63,880 nucleotides of DNA, filler included, from an uncultured Methanosarcinales archaeon (GCA_964550945.1; 11 parts of 11 records of this genome joined end to end with filler, not necessarily neighbours in it); one strand, 5' to 3'. Positions 38,069 to 48,682 are shown, counted from the whole stretch's first letter. Notes: generated by a model not told the origin, from the letters alone. Made by a program: numbers and translations.

Positions 38069-39280
38069 ATGATGAGAAACCCAAAAAAACATAGCAAATC
38101 TGGAATGGCAACCAGGGTAATATTTTATTTAATCCTACTAGTTATTTTAGTCAATTCGAGTTATGCTATCAGCTTAGGTATAAGCCCTTCTAGAGTAGCA
38201 TTTAAAGAAATGCTGAGGGATGGCTATGCAGAGAGGGAAGTGAGCCTAACTACAAATTCAGAAGATGACCTTAGCGGGCATTTTACAGTCAGTGGGGAAA
38301 TTGCAGGTTGGGTAAGATTTGAGCCAAACAGCACTACATTTAGCGCTTCCTCATCTAGCCCATATCGTTTGAAAATTATTGTTCAGACTCCTAATGATAC
38401 AAAAAGTGATAGTTATCGTGGAGAAATAAAATTCGTGACAGACAGAAAAGGCAATCTGACTGGAAGAGCTGGCGGCTTAGTAAAAGCTGCAGTAAAATTA
38501 AACCTAGACGTTGAAGTAACGGATACCGAAAGGGTTTTGTGCAGCGCAGGAGCTTTTAGTTTTAAAGATATAGAAGAAGGGTATCCTCTTGAATTATCCT
38601 ATACAATAATTAATGGCGGAAATGTAAGAATAAGGCCGGTTATTAGGTTTGGCATTTGGGACCAAAGCCAAGAAAAACTGGTTCTGTCTGATGAGTTTAC
38701 TGGCGAGGAAATATTGCCGACTACTGAAAAAAAGTTTACAAAAAAAATACCAAACAAGAACTTAGATGCTGGCCAATACTGGGTGAATGTTGCTGTTGAT
38801 GAATGCAGTTTTGGAGGCCTTCTTACTTTCAGCGTTGTTGAAAAGGGGGCTATAATAGATAAAGGCGCGTTAGAGAAAATTACTAACAAGCTGTGGGTAT
38901 ATGTTGAAGAGCCTGTGGAGATTGCCGCTGTGTTTAAAAATACCGGGCCGCGAATTGTTTCTGCCAAACTTATTGGCAATGTAAAACTGGAAGACGAGAT
39001 TGTTGAGGTGATAGAAACTGAAGAAGTGGATGTTAACAGTGAAGAAACGATTGAACTGAAACATTATTTTACACCTAAAACCTCAGGCAGGTATGTTGTT
39101 TCAGGAAGGGTTGCTTACAATAAGAAATTGACTTATGAGAAAGGAAGCATAATAAATGCCAATTACAGGCCAGAGGAGAAGAAAAGGTTCAATATGCTTA
39201 TTTTGATAATCTACCTTGTTATTGTCGTTACAATCATCTTTATTTTGAGGAAGATCATGAAAAAAAAGAAGGGGTTTTAA
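38069..39280 (+). CDS. Secreted Ig-like-domain protein with C-terminal membrane anchor
   Basis: Signal peptide, SLGISPS, repeated NxGN beta domains, C-terminal TM plus KKKK. Confidence 0.75.
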   Translation: MMRNPKKHSKSGMATRVIFYLILLVILVNSSYAISLGISPSRVAFKEMLRDGYAEREVSLTTNSEDDLSGHFTVSGEIAGWVRFEPNSTTFSASSSSPYRLKIIVQTPNDTKSDSYRGEIKFVTDRKGNLTGRAGGLVKAAVKLNLDVEVTDTERVLCSAGAFSFKDIEEGYPLELSYTIINGGNVRIRPVIRFGIWDQSQEKLVLSDEFTGEEILPTTEKKFTKKIPNKNLDAGQYWVNVAVDECSFGGLLTFSVVEKGAIIDKGALEKITNKLWVYVEEPVEIAAVFKNTGPRIVSAKLIGNVKLEDEIVEVIETEEVDVNSEETIELKHYFTPKTSGRYVVSGRVAYNKKLTYEKGSIINANYRPEEKKRFNMLILIIYLVIVVTIIFILRKIMKKKKGF

Positions 39281-39283
39281 TGA

Positions 39284-39691
39284 TTATTCGCTCCCGTATA
39301 CCGGCGGTTTTTTTATCTCCTTTGACCACATAAAGCCTATACCATTTAATTCTTTTGTAAACTTATCGCTAATCCTGTATGTTTTTTTATAAAGGTCATA
39401 GTCAATAAGGCCCATACTTTTCATAGGCGTCAAAATCCGATCATAGAATTGCCTTTTATTGTATGAAAGCTTAACTTTTTTTCCTTTATATGGCCCTTCA
39501 TCAAGCACTGTTATGAAACTGCCTTCATGCAGCTTTGTCGCCAATATGGACATATCAGTCTTTGTGATCTCATTGCCCTTTTCTTTCATATAATTAATCA
39601 GCACTTTCCCAACAATTTTTTGCTGGTTGGTTGCGAATATTATCTCGTATATATCCTCAGGCAGATGGAATATATCAAACAGCATTACCAT
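39284..39691 (-). CDS. Hypothetical, winged-helix-like protein
   Basis: RQFYDRILTPMKSMGLIDYD..YRIS pattern; GGGGG RBS. Confidence 0.6.
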   Translation of the reverse strand: MVMLFDIFHLPEDIYEIIFATNQQKIVGKVLINYMKEKGNEITKTDMSILATKLHEGSFITVLDEGPYKGKKVKLSYNKRQFYDRILTPMKSMGLIDYDLYKKTYRISDKFTKELNGIGFMWSKEIKKPPVYGSE

Positions 39692-39833
39692 AATAAACCC
39701 CCAATTACTAAATAATTTATACCAGTATATAAAGATTACGCTTTTATATACTAAGAAAAAGATAACTCTATATGATAGTGCGGAGAGTAAAACTGGAGTA
39801 TCTTTTTCTGGGATATAGGCATACTAAGGCATA

Positions 39834-40667
39834 CTACAAACTAAAAAACAGAGGGGTAATAAAAATCTCTAATAAAGCCGCAATAAACAACATAAAAACC
39901 GCGCCAATAACCAAATCAACAGAATCAAGAACAATATGCTTGAACTTATGATCACCAAAATCGTGCCTTATTATGGCAACAGATATTATGCCGCCAGCCA
40001 ATCCAGCCATAAAATAAGCCAGGATCTCTGGAATGCCATGGATAAGGTACCTCAAAAAACCTAAAGAGGCTATTAAGAAATTGCCGCTTTTTATGCCTAT
40101 TCCTATAAAACTGCCAATAGCGACTCCAATAACCGAAGCATTCCAAGTAAGAATAAATATTGCCCCAAAGCCAAAGAAAAAAGCGAATATAAGGCTAAAT
40201 ATCATAACCCTTATGTTGTTAAAAAAAATTTTACTGAAGGTTGACAATAGATCAACAGCGTTGCCTGTTACCCCATAACTCATCACCTCAATCCTGTTTA
40301 TATCTCTTGTTTGCACACTAAACAAGGAATTTGCTAGATCTGGAGGCAAGAACACATACCATAAAGAGAAGGATACCACAAATCCTAAGAATAAAAACAT
40401 AAAAAAGGATAGTGCTTTTCCGTGCTCTTTTAATAAATAGCTTTCCTTTTGGATAATCAAGTCTTTTTTTTCTTCAAGTTTTATAGCCCCATAAATTATT
40501 GGAACGCTACAGAATGCTGTTAAAAAAATTGCCACTAAGCTGGCATCTTCTTTGAATATGTAATAGCTGAAGATGACCGCAAATGAGGAGTATATCACAC
40601 CTATAATAAACATCTCCCACGGCTTTTTTTCAGCTTTTATAGGGTTAATCAAGCTTTCTAAGACCAT
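39834..40667 (-). CDS. SpoIIM/DUF95-family membrane protein
   Basis: IFFNNIRV, ILTWNASVIG, IHGIPEILAY, AALLEIFITP. Confidence 0.85.
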   Translation of the reverse strand: MVLESLINPIKAEKKPWEMFIIGVIYSSFAVIFSYYIFKEDASLVAIFLTAFCSVPIIYGAIKLEEKKDLIIQKESYLLKEHGKALSFFMFLFLGFVVSFSLWYVFLPPDLANSLFSVQTRDINRIEVMSYGVTGNAVDLLSTFSKIFFNNIRVMIFSLIFAFFFGFGAIFILTWNASVIGVAIGSFIGIGIKSGNFLIASLGFLRYLIHGIPEILAYFMAGLAGGIISVAIIRHDFGDHKFKHIVLDSVDLVIGAVFMLFIAALLEIFITPLFFSL

Positions 40668-40879
40668 AAGCAAATAGTTCATGCTCCCATTTATATTTCT
40701 TTCTTTTAATTTTTCAAACAAGCGATTTAATAATTAATTAATCAGTAAATTACTATCATTTATTAATAAAACTCATAAAAACTATACATTATTACATTAG
40801 TTAATTAAAAATGGAAAGATTTATATACAAGATGTTTTCATAATTAGATTGGTATACATTACACTATACCGGTTTAGCA

Positions 40880-41551
40880 ATGGAAATGGAAACATTATTC
40901 ACGGAGCAGAAGTGGAACATACTGAAAGCGCTCTCAAAAGGAAAATATTCCCCATTGCAATTGGCGCAAACGTCAAATACCACAATAGCCAACATTAGCC
41001 AACAATTGAGATTGTTAGAGATGACTAAATTAGTGAAGAAAGAAAAAATACCCAATCGGGAAAAAGGCAAGCCGAGATCTTTATTTTCTTTAACAAATGA
41101 TTACAGTTACCTAATCCTTGTAATGAGGGAATTTGCTGGTAAGAGATTATTGGAGCTAGATGATTATCATAAATCAATACTAAGGATATGGTTCCTTGAA
41201 GATTCAAACATTCATTATTATGTGGAAAAATTCTATTGGAAAATTGAAGATTACTTAGACCAGATTAAAGCCATTTTGATTAATCAGGAGAAGGAAGAGA
41301 TAGAAGCAATAATAATTGCTGAAAAGCCAAAAGAACTTGAAAAAAAGATTGGCGCAGTAACAATAAAGAAAGATGATGATGAAAGCAGGATAATTAAAAC
41401 ACGGGCTTTCACTATAGAAGAATTCAAGAAGCTAGCAAAGCAAGGCAAAGAGCCATTTTCTTCTTTAGGGCCTAATCAAGCAATATATGATCCAGAGGGT
41501 ATAATAATTGAGATAAATAAACTGGGGGTGGTTCAAAAGAATGAATCATGA
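40880..41551 (+). CDS. ArsR-like winged-HTH regulator
   Basis: ILKALS..SPLQLAQ..TIANISQQLRLLE..LV..GKPR. Confidence 0.8.
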   Translation: MEMETLFTEQKWNILKALSKGKYSPLQLAQTSNTTIANISQQLRLLEMTKLVKKEKIPNREKGKPRSLFSLTNDYSYLILVMREFAGKRLLELDDYHKSILRIWFLEDSNIHYYVEKFYWKIEDYLDQIKAILINQEKEEIEAIIIAEKPKELEKKIGAVTIKKDDDESRIIKTRAFTIEEFKKLAKQGKEPFSSLGPNQAIYDPEGIIIEINKLGVVQKNES

Positions 41552-41741
41552 TTTATGCTTATAATTTTGAGGCATAGGAAGAAGAAAAAAGGACCATCTA
41601 AAACGCCTCGTTAACCCTTTTTCGCTCCTTGCCTCAATTTTTTAACACAGAAAGATTCATGCTTACTGTGAATGTGAAAGTAAATGTAAAAGTTGAATGT
41701 GACTGTAAACGAAAATGTAATTGTAATTGAGGAGGGTGTAA

Positions 41742-42518
41742 ATGAAAACAATAAAAATGAGGAAAATGATGAAAGTGTTTTTTGCCTTTTTAGTTTTGGC
41801 ATTTATGGCAGCTATAGTGACAGCAGCTCCGTATGGACCAAGGTCTGTTGACGTGTTAGGCAACGACAGAAGGACAGAATTTAATGAGAGTGTTTCTTCA
41901 ATACAAGCTCAAGCAGGAAATGTAAGTTTGTTGATGGTAAACACAAGCACGCTAACAGGCAGATGGCAGGGTTACTATGGGAACATTAGTGGCATAGTTA
42001 CTTTGCAGAGTGCAAATGGATTTAGGATGTATGAATGGGGCAATGATGCTGGTATTTCAGTTGCTGGAGAAGTATATGCATCCAACAATACAGTGGGAGA
42101 CTGGACAAGAGTGCTTTGTGTAAACCTGACTGGAAACAGCACAAACACGTCTACGTATGGCCCAAATGCGACAATTATAGAGGCAATGTATGGCGCCGGT
42201 ATTAGTGATATTGATGGAGTAGACGAGACTTTTACTGGCATAGAAGAGATTACTGTGGGCAATTCTAATCTGATTAATTGTCCAACAGCAATGCTGTACA
42301 ACGGAAGCGGGTCTGTGAATGCACTGAATTGGAACGTGACGCTGTTGTATGAAAATTCTACAGCAATAGAAACAACTCGTTCAATAATCTATGGAGCAAT
42401 CATTCAAAATAATGAAAACAGCTTTAACAATAAAACGACTGATTTCCAGATGATTGTTGGAGAGAATGGAGGGATTAGTGCAGCAACAACATACTACTTT
42501 TACGTTGAGTTGACGTAA
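41742..42518 (+). CDS. Secreted beta-rich protein, tandem paralog 1
   Basis: Signal peptide; QAQAGNV, RWQGYYGNI, MYEWGND, FQMIVGE, YYFYVEL. Confidence 0.8.
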   Translation: MKTIKMRKMMKVFFAFLVLAFMAAIVTAAPYGPRSVDVLGNDRRTEFNESVSSIQAQAGNVSLLMVNTSTLTGRWQGYYGNISGIVTLQSANGFRMYEWGNDAGISVAGEVYASNNTVGDWTRVLCVNLTGNSTNTSTYGPNATIIEAMYGAGISDIDGVDETFTGIEEITVGNSNLINCPTAMLYNGSGSVNALNWNVTLLYENSTAIETTRSIIYGAIIQNNENSFNNKTTDFQMIVGENGGISAATTYYFYVELT

Positions 42519-42586
42519 ACAACATTTTTTTATTTTTTTATTTTTGAAAAAGAAAACGAAAGAGAGAAAGAGGCACTTTAAACTGA

Positions 42587-43339
42587 ATGAGGGTGGACAG
42601 GAAGAAGGTAATTTTAGTTTTTTTAATATTTATCTTAGAGGCAGCAATAGCAGTAGCAGTGCCATATGGCCCCAGGTCAGTTACAGTTGAACAGAGTGAT
42701 AGGAAAACAGAATTTAACGATAGTGTTGCAACAGTCCAAGCACAGGCAGGAAATGTAACTCAATTAAGGATTAATGTGACTATGTCAACAAAAAGATGGC
42801 AGGGCTACTATGGAAATATTACTGGACTTGTCACATTGCAGGATGCAAGCGGATATAGGATGTATGAATGGGGCAATGATGTTGGTGTTTCAGTTGTTGG
42901 GGAGGTTTATGCAGCAAATTATACTGTATCGGATTGGAGCAAGGTTTATTGCGTAAATCTAAGTGGCCCAGGAAATAGCACATTTGGCCCTAATACAACT
43001 ATCCTAGAGGATATGTATGGGGCAAATCCTAATGATAAAGATGGAATAGATGAAACTTTTACAACTTATATGAATGTAACTATTGGCAGCACAACACTTT
43101 TGAATTGCCCAGCAACGAGAACATATAACGGCAGCGGCGCTGAAAATTCAATACATTGGAATGAAACATTGTTGTGGGAGAACCATAGCAGCGGCTTGAA
43201 TACTGTTGTTTATACAGCATTTGTCGAGCAAAATGAAAATGGATTTAACAACAAGACATGGGACTTCCAGATGATTGTTGGAGAGGATGGGGACACTTCA
43301 GGAACTGCAACTTATTATTTTTATGTGGAGCTGGTGTAA
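42587..43339 (+). CDS. Secreted beta-rich protein, tandem paralog 2
   Basis: Same motifs as 41742..42518. Confidence 0.8.
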   Translation: MRVDRKKVILVFLIFILEAAIAVAVPYGPRSVTVEQSDRKTEFNDSVATVQAQAGNVTQLRINVTMSTKRWQGYYGNITGLVTLQDASGYRMYEWGNDVGVSVVGEVYAANYTVSDWSKVYCVNLSGPGNSTFGPNTTILEDMYGANPNDKDGIDETFTTYMNVTIGSTTLLNCPATRTYNGSGAENSIHWNETLLWENHSSGLNTVVYTAFVEQNENGFNNKTWDFQMIVGEDGDTSGTATYYFYVELV

Positions 43340-43351
43340 TAGAGGTGTAAC

Positions 43352-43522
43352 ATGAAAGAAAAAAATAAACTAGAAATTATAGCAATTGGGTTACTTGGCC
43401 TTTTGATATTAGCAGGGGCGTTTATAGGTGTGGTGTTTGAATCATTTGATGTAGAAGGAGCCACAAACTTAACTACAGTCACAAAGGTTTTAGTGGGAAA
43501 CACCCCTCCCAATTTGACTAAT
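43352..43522 (+). CDS. Secreted protein, 3'-truncated
   Basis: GAGGTG RBS, signal peptide, VGNTPP Ig-like start. Confidence 0.65.
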
Positions 43523-43622
43523 NNNNNNNNNNNNNNNNNNNNNNNNNNNNNNNNNNNNNNNNNNNNTTAATTAATTAANNNNNNNNNNNNNNNNNNNNNN
43601 NNNNNNNNNNNNNNNNNNNNNN
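43523..43622. other. Artificial contig linker
   Basis: N-run + TTAATTAATTAA + N-run. Confidence 0.99.
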
Positions 43623-43723
43623 TAGGACTTTGACCTTATGCTGCTAACCCTTTTTTTGGATGAAGCTTTTGGAATAATAAAATATTTAAACTGCGGGCTA
43701 TAAATCAGTTTAGGTGATATTTT

Positions 43724-44182
43724 ATGCCAAAAGACGAGAAGATTGATAATAAGAAAAGAAGCATACATCTAGGAGACTATCCTGAATATGTCAGTCTGGG
43801 AAATAAGGTTGATGCTGCTCACGAGCTTATTGAAGAAGAAAAAAGGCTTTTAGTTGATGATTACAAGAGAATAAAACAATTGAAAAAAGAGGAAAATGCA
43901 GAAGAAGAAGCAATAAAACATTTCGAAAAAAAACTGCATTCTCTTATTAAAGTTGTGGTTGAGCTTGAAGGATACACACAGGAGATAGAAGAAGGAAACG
44001 CCATATTGAAACATAACAGGAGTGTTGAAGAGCTTGGCAAGCAACTGTCAGTCAGCATAGATGAAGTGGAAAAATTTTCCCAGTCAATCTTGGATGAGGA
44101 AAGCAAAATATTAAAATTGGCAAAAAGAATAAAGAGCATACTAACCAAAGCAAAGAGATTCCAAGAACTGATCAGAGATTAA
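43724..44182 (+). CDS. Coiled-coil hypothetical protein
   Basis: E/K-rich heptads; AGGTGA RBS. Confidence 0.7.
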   Translation: MPKDEKIDNKKRSIHLGDYPEYVSLGNKVDAAHELIEEEKRLLVDDYKRIKQLKKEENAEEEAIKHFEKKLHSLIKVVVELEGYTQEIEEGNAILKHNRSVEELGKQLSVSIDEVEKFSQSILDEESKILKLAKRIKSILTKAKRFQELIRD

Positions 44183-44490
44183 TGCAGCCGGGCAAATAAT
44201 TCTTCAAATGATTCTTTGATATTGCTAAAGAATAAAACAAAAAGGAATATAAGATAACCTATTGTAAATATCAAAAGGCCCAGAGCCAGTTGTTGAGTAT
44301 CTTTTGGCGGGGCAAGCATTATACCTGATTGAGAGATAATAATTGTTTTATTAGTCAATTTGAGATAGGTAAGCCAGACAAAACTTACAAGAGCAGGCAT
44401 AACAAGGAATAGGGATTTTATTATTCTTTGAGGGAATGTGTTTATTATCCTAATCTTTTTATTAGCTGCTTTTTTTTTAGCATTGCGCAA
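44179..44490 (-). CDS. Two-TM membrane protein
   Basis: TTG start 6 nt after GAGGTTG; two hydrophobic segments. Confidence 0.6.
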   Translation of the reverse strand: MRNAKKKAANKKIRIINTFPQRIIKSLFLVMPALVSFVWLTYLKLTNKTIIISQSGIMLAPPKDTQQLALGLLIFTIGYLIFLFVLFFSNIKESFEELFARLH

Positions 44491-44893
44491 TGTTCTCAAC
44501 CTCAAGCTGTTTTTTAGGGCAAAGCGTTTCCTGGATTTTTGGGGTGACTATCAATTTAGTTGGCTTATCTACAGAAATCTGGATCTTTGTGACAGCTGCA
44601 ACAGGAATCTCCAAGTCAATAGGCGTTGCGCTTATTATGCCCCCAACAGCAGAAATCTTTAATCCTGTGATTATGGCTTGGCCATCATTTTCTATGGTTG
44701 CATAAAAGATGTTATCAGAAATACAAGCCATTGGCATTCCATTAAGGGTTATTAGCTTCAAAGAAGCGTCATCACACGAGCCTTGCGGGCTTATATCATA
44801 ATTTTTTCCCCAGCCCATCACTAATATTCCTAAGACTGTCGCAAATATGATAAGGATAACAGTGGAGATTAATGGTGAAATGGCTTTCTTCAT
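44477..44893 (-). CDS. Archaeal type IV pilin/archaellin-like protein
   Basis: Class III signal MKKA|ISPLISTVILIIF. Confidence 0.85.
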   Translation of the reverse strand: MKKAISPLISTVILIIFATVLGILVMGWGKNYDISPQGSCDDASLKLITLNGMPMACISDNIFYATIENDGQAIITGLKISAVGGIISATPIDLEIPVAAVTKIQISVDKPTKLIVTPKIQETLCPKKQLEVENIAQC

Positions 44894-45180
44894 TTTAATT
44901 CCTTTAAAAATTCATTAATTCGCTTTTCTTCCTTTTGGATTATAATGACATAGGGGATTGTGCCTGCAATAAGGATTATAATGCCGCAGATAACCAATAC
45001 ATTCAGCAAAAAGGAATTGATAAATTCAAAGGCAAATCCTATAATCCCAACAACCATAAAAGTGAAGTAAAGCATTAGGCTTTTGTCAAGAACTAATTTT
45101 GATTTTTCGCGATTGATTCTTGATTTTTCTATCTCAAGATATATCCGTTCAGTTGTTTTTAAACCTATTTTTTGTGGCAT
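44890..45180 (-). CDS. Two-TM membrane protein
   Basis: Two hydrophobic helices; ATGA overlap with the pilin. Confidence 0.65.
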   Translation of the reverse strand: MPQKIGLKTTERIYLEIEKSRINREKSKLVLDKSLMLYFTFMVVGIIGFAFEFINSFLLNVLVICGIIILIAGTIPYVIIIQKEEKRINEFLKELK

Positions 45181-45283
45181 TGATATTTTATTGTGATATT
45201 TTATATTTAAAGGTTGTGATTTCAAATTGCAACTAAGCCGATTTCAAAACCTTTAAATAAAACATATCACTTTTTAGGTTTTT

Positions 45284-46570
45284 ATGAAATCTTTTTTTGG
45301 GGGGGTCCACCCAGATTATAATAAAACCACAGAACACAAGAAGATAGAGGTAGCTGTATTGCCAAAAAAGGTGATTATTCCTTTATCTCAGCATACCGGC
45401 GCTCCTTGCGAAGCTTTGGTTAAGATTGGAGATATTGTCAAAGCAGGCCAAAAGATTGCTGAAAGCAAAGCATTTGTTTCTGCTCCTGTTCATGCTTCTA
45501 TTTCCGGCAAAGTGATTGAGATAGCTAAAAAACCACATCCAATTGCAGGAGAGTCTTTGGCAATTGTTATAGAATCTGATGGCAGGTTAGAGTATGACAA
45601 ATCCGTAAAGCCAAGAGATAATGTTGATGATATTGACAGGAAAGAGCTGATCAACATCATCAAGGAAGCCGGAATTGTCGGGTTAGGAGGAGCTGCTTTT
45701 CCAACGCACGTAAAACTAAGCCCGCCACCTGAAAAGAAGATTGACACCATCATATTAAATGGCGCTGAATGCGAGCCTTACTTAACTTGCGACCATAGGC
45801 TGATGATTGAAGAGACTGGAAAGATCATCTCTGGCTTAAGATTGATAATGAAAGTTTTGGATGTTAAAAAGGCATTTATTGGAATTGAGAGCAACAAAGA
45901 GAATGCTATTGTGTTTATGAAGGACAAATCAGGCAATATTGAAGTTGTTCCTCTAAAAACAAAATACCCTCAAGGAGCAGAGAAGATACTCATTTATGCC
46001 ATTACAAAAAGAAAAGTGCCTTCTGGCGGGTTGCCAATGGATGTTGGTGTTGTTGTACAAAATGTTGGAACTGCAAAAGCAGTTTATGATGCTGTTTATA
46101 ACGGAAAGCCTTTGATCGAGAGATGTATAACCGTAACAGGAGCTGTCAAAGAGCCAAAAAATCTATTGGTTAAGGTTGGGAATTTATTTGATGAATTAAT
46201 CGCTCAATGTGGTGGTTATAAAGGCGAGCCAGCTAAATTGATATCTGGCGGCCCGATGATGGGCATTGCCCAATACACTGATGAAATTCCAGTGATAAAA
46301 GGCACTTCTGGCATATTGGTTTTGGATAAAAAAGAGGAATATGAGGAAAGGCGCTGTATAAGATGCGCAAAATGCGTTGATGTTTGCCCTGTGAATCTTA
46401 CACCTAACATGATAATGGCAAATGCAAAGAATGACAGGATTGATGCTGCCAAATCATTTAATGCTCTTGATTGTTTTGAATGCGGTTGTTGTGCTTTTGT
46501 ATGCCCAAGCAAGATCCCATTAGTCCAGTATATAAAATATGCAAAAGCAGAGATCATGAAGAAAAAATGA
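45284..46570 (+). CDS. rnfC: Rnf complex subunit C
   Basis: GGVHP, PLSQHTGAP, GIVGLGGAAFPTHVK, NGAECEPYLTCD, CIRCAKCVDVCP, CFECGCCAFVCP. Confidence 0.97.
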   Translation: MKSFFGGVHPDYNKTTEHKKIEVAVLPKKVIIPLSQHTGAPCEALVKIGDIVKAGQKIAESKAFVSAPVHASISGKVIEIAKKPHPIAGESLAIVIESDGRLEYDKSVKPRDNVDDIDRKELINIIKEAGIVGLGGAAFPTHVKLSPPPEKKIDTIILNGAECEPYLTCDHRLMIEETGKIISGLRLIMKVLDVKKAFIGIESNKENAIVFMKDKSGNIEVVPLKTKYPQGAEKILIYAITKRKVPSGGLPMDVGVVVQNVGTAKAVYDAVYNGKPLIERCITVTGAVKEPKNLLVKVGNLFDELIAQCGGYKGEPAKLISGGPMMGIAQYTDEIPVIKGTSGILVLDKKEEYEERRCIRCAKCVDVCPVNLTPNMIMANAKNDRIDAAKSFNALDCFECGCCAFVCPSKIPLVQYIKYAKAEIMKKK

Positions 46571-47496
46571 AATTTACAATATCAGCCTCACCGCACGTAA
46601 AATCGAAGAATTCAATAGAGAAGGAGATGTTTTATGTTATACTAGCTTTGCTTCCAGCTGCTGCATTTGGAGCTTATCTTTTTGGGTTTAATTCAGTTTG
46701 GATCATTATAATCAGCATATCTTCAGCTTTATTAACAGAAGCGTTGATACAAAAATTAAGAAAAAAACAAGTTACAGTATATGATGGCTCTGCTTTTTTG
46801 ACTGGATTGTTGTTAGCATTATGCTTGCCTCCAACTGTTCCTTTATGGATACCCTCAATTGGAGCTGCTTTTGCAGTTGCAATTGGAAAACATGTTTTTG
46901 GCGGATTAGGAAATAATATATTCAATCCAGCTTTAATCGGCAGGGCTTTCTTAGTGGTATCATGGCCTGCTTTAATGGCAAGATACATAAGCCCTGATGG
47001 GATAACTAGCGCAACTCCTTTAACCCTTGCAAAGGAAACTATTGCGAATGTTTCATACAAAGACCTGTTTTTAGGCTATATTGGCGGCAGCATTGGAGAG
47101 ACATCAGCTGTATTATTATTGATAGGCGCATTATTCTTATTATGGAAGAAAGTGATAAGTTGGAGAATCTCCTTAACATATATTGCAACAGTGTTCATCC
47201 TGTCATGGATACTTGGCAAGGATCCTTTATTTCATCTACTGGCAGGAGGCCTGATCATTGGAGCATTTTTCATGGCAACTGACCCAGTCACTAGCCCAAT
47301 AACTAAATTGGGGAGAGTGATATTTGGCTTTGGCTGTGGCATTTTGACAGTAATACTCAGGATGTTTTCAAGCTATCCTGAAGGGGTTATGTTTTCAATC
47401 TTGCTTATGAACTCTGCAACACCATTCATTGACAGGCTTACTAAACAAAAGCCGTTTGGCTATAAAAAACCAGAAAAGAAAAAAGAAGGAAAATGA
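46567..47496 (+). CDS. rnfD: Rnf complex subunit D
   Basis: SPH, FGGLGNNIFNPA, DGITSATPL FMN site, FFMATDPVTSP. Confidence 0.96.
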   Translation: MKFTISASPHVKSKNSIEKEMFYVILALLPAAAFGAYLFGFNSVWIIIISISSALLTEALIQKLRKKQVTVYDGSAFLTGLLLALCLPPTVPLWIPSIGAAFAVAIGKHVFGGLGNNIFNPALIGRAFLVVSWPALMARYISPDGITSATPLTLAKETIANVSYKDLFLGYIGGSIGETSAVLLLIGALFLLWKKVISWRISLTYIATVFILSWILGKDPLFHLLAGGLIIGAFFMATDPVTSPITKLGRVIFGFGCGILTVILRMFSSYPEGVMFSILLMNSATPFIDRLTKQKPFGYKKPEKKKEGK

Positions 47497-48020
47497 ATGA
47501 GATAGTTAGATTTGGAATAACTTTGTTTATTGTAACATTCGTAGCTTCACTAGCTCTCGCTTTAACTAACCAGTACACTCTTACAAAAATAGATGAGCAA
47601 AAAAAGCTGGCAGTCACAAACTCTTTAAACAAAGTGATTAGTGCAGATGATTTTATTGAAAAAGAAGGATATTACGAAGTATACAAAAATAAAGAAGTCG
47701 TTGGCAAAGTTTTGAAAGTAGAATTGCAAGGTTACTCTTCTATCATTAGCGCACTAGTTGGAGTAGACACCCAAGGAAAGATTACAGGGATAGATGTTGT
47801 TAGCCAGCAAGAAACGCCTGGCTTAGGAACAAAAATAGCAGAAGAATCTTTTTTGAAACAGTTTATTGGAAAAGAAAAAAAAGAGTTAACGCTAAAGAAA
47901 GATGGTGGAGGGATAGACGCGGTTACAGGAGCAACAATCTCATCAAGGGCAATTGTAGAGGGGATTAAAAGGGTTATGGAAGAATACCCTTATGATACAC
48001 TAACAAGAGTTTCGCCCTAG
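47493..48020 (+). CDS. rnfG: Rnf complex subunit G
   Basis: N-terminal TM, ETPGLG, DAVTGATISS FMN site. Confidence 0.95.
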   Translation: MNEIVRFGITLFIVTFVASLALALTNQYTLTKIDEQKKLAVTNSLNKVISADDFIEKEGYYEVYKNKEVVGKVLKVELQGYSSIISALVGVDTQGKITGIDVVSQQETPGLGTKIAEESFLKQFIGKEKKELTLKKDGGGIDAVTGATISSRAIVEGIKRVMEEYPYDTLTRVSP

Positions 48021-48025
48021 CGGCA

Positions 48026-48682
48026 ATGATACAGAAGCAGGCAGTACAAATGAAACAAGGTAACATTTACGAGCTTGTAAAAGGATTTTTCAAGGAAAAT
48101 CCGGTGTTCTGCATAGTCTTGGGATTATGCCCTACCCTAGCAGTATCAACATCTTTAGATAATGCAATCGGCATGGGCGCAGCAGTTACATTTGTCTTAG
48201 TGTTTTCTAACCTGTTTATTTCAGCAATTAGAAAACATGTTCCAGACAAGATAAGAATCCCTGGGTTCATAGTTATAATCGCTTCTTTTGTCACTATCAT
48301 TTACTTGCTGATGCAGGCATTTACTCCAGATTTAAATAAATCTCTTGGCATCTATGTTCCATTAATAGTTGTCAATTGTATAATCTTAGGGAGAGCAGAG
48401 GCATTCGCCCAAAAAAATAATATGCTTAAATCCGCGCTAGATGGCATGGGCATGGGTGTTGGATTTACCTTGGCTTTATTTTTGATTAGCGGAATAAGGG
48501 AGTTTTTAGGAACAGGATCACTAAAATTGTTCGGCGCTGCTTTAATTTCAGCTCCAATAAACCCTGCGATGATATTTATACTTCCTCCAGGAGCATTGCT
48601 TTTGATGGGGTTGTTATTAGGCCTGTTTGCATATATAAGAAACAAGAAATATGAGAGAACATGCTGTGAAGTGAAAAAATGA
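48026..48682 (+). CDS. rnfE: Rnf complex subunit E
   Basis: ENPVF..LGLCPTLAVS, PLIVVNCIILGRAE; alternative start 48050. Confidence 0.96.
   Translation: MIQKQAVQMKQGNIYELVKGFFKENPVFCIVLGLCPTLAVSTSLDNAIGMGAAVTFVLVFSNLFISAIRKHVPDKIRIPGFIVIIASFVTIIYLLMQAFTPDLNKSLGIYVPLIVVNCIILGRAEAFAQKNNMLKSALDGMGMGVGFTLALFLISGIREFLGTGSLKLFGAALISAPINPAMIFILPPGALLLMGLLLGLFAYIRNKKYERTCCEVKK

Noticed and set aside
44470..44484. Programmed -1 frameshift at the A9 run after the pilin gene
   Set aside because: An in-frame TTG at 44490 with a good SD explains the downstream gene without a frameshift
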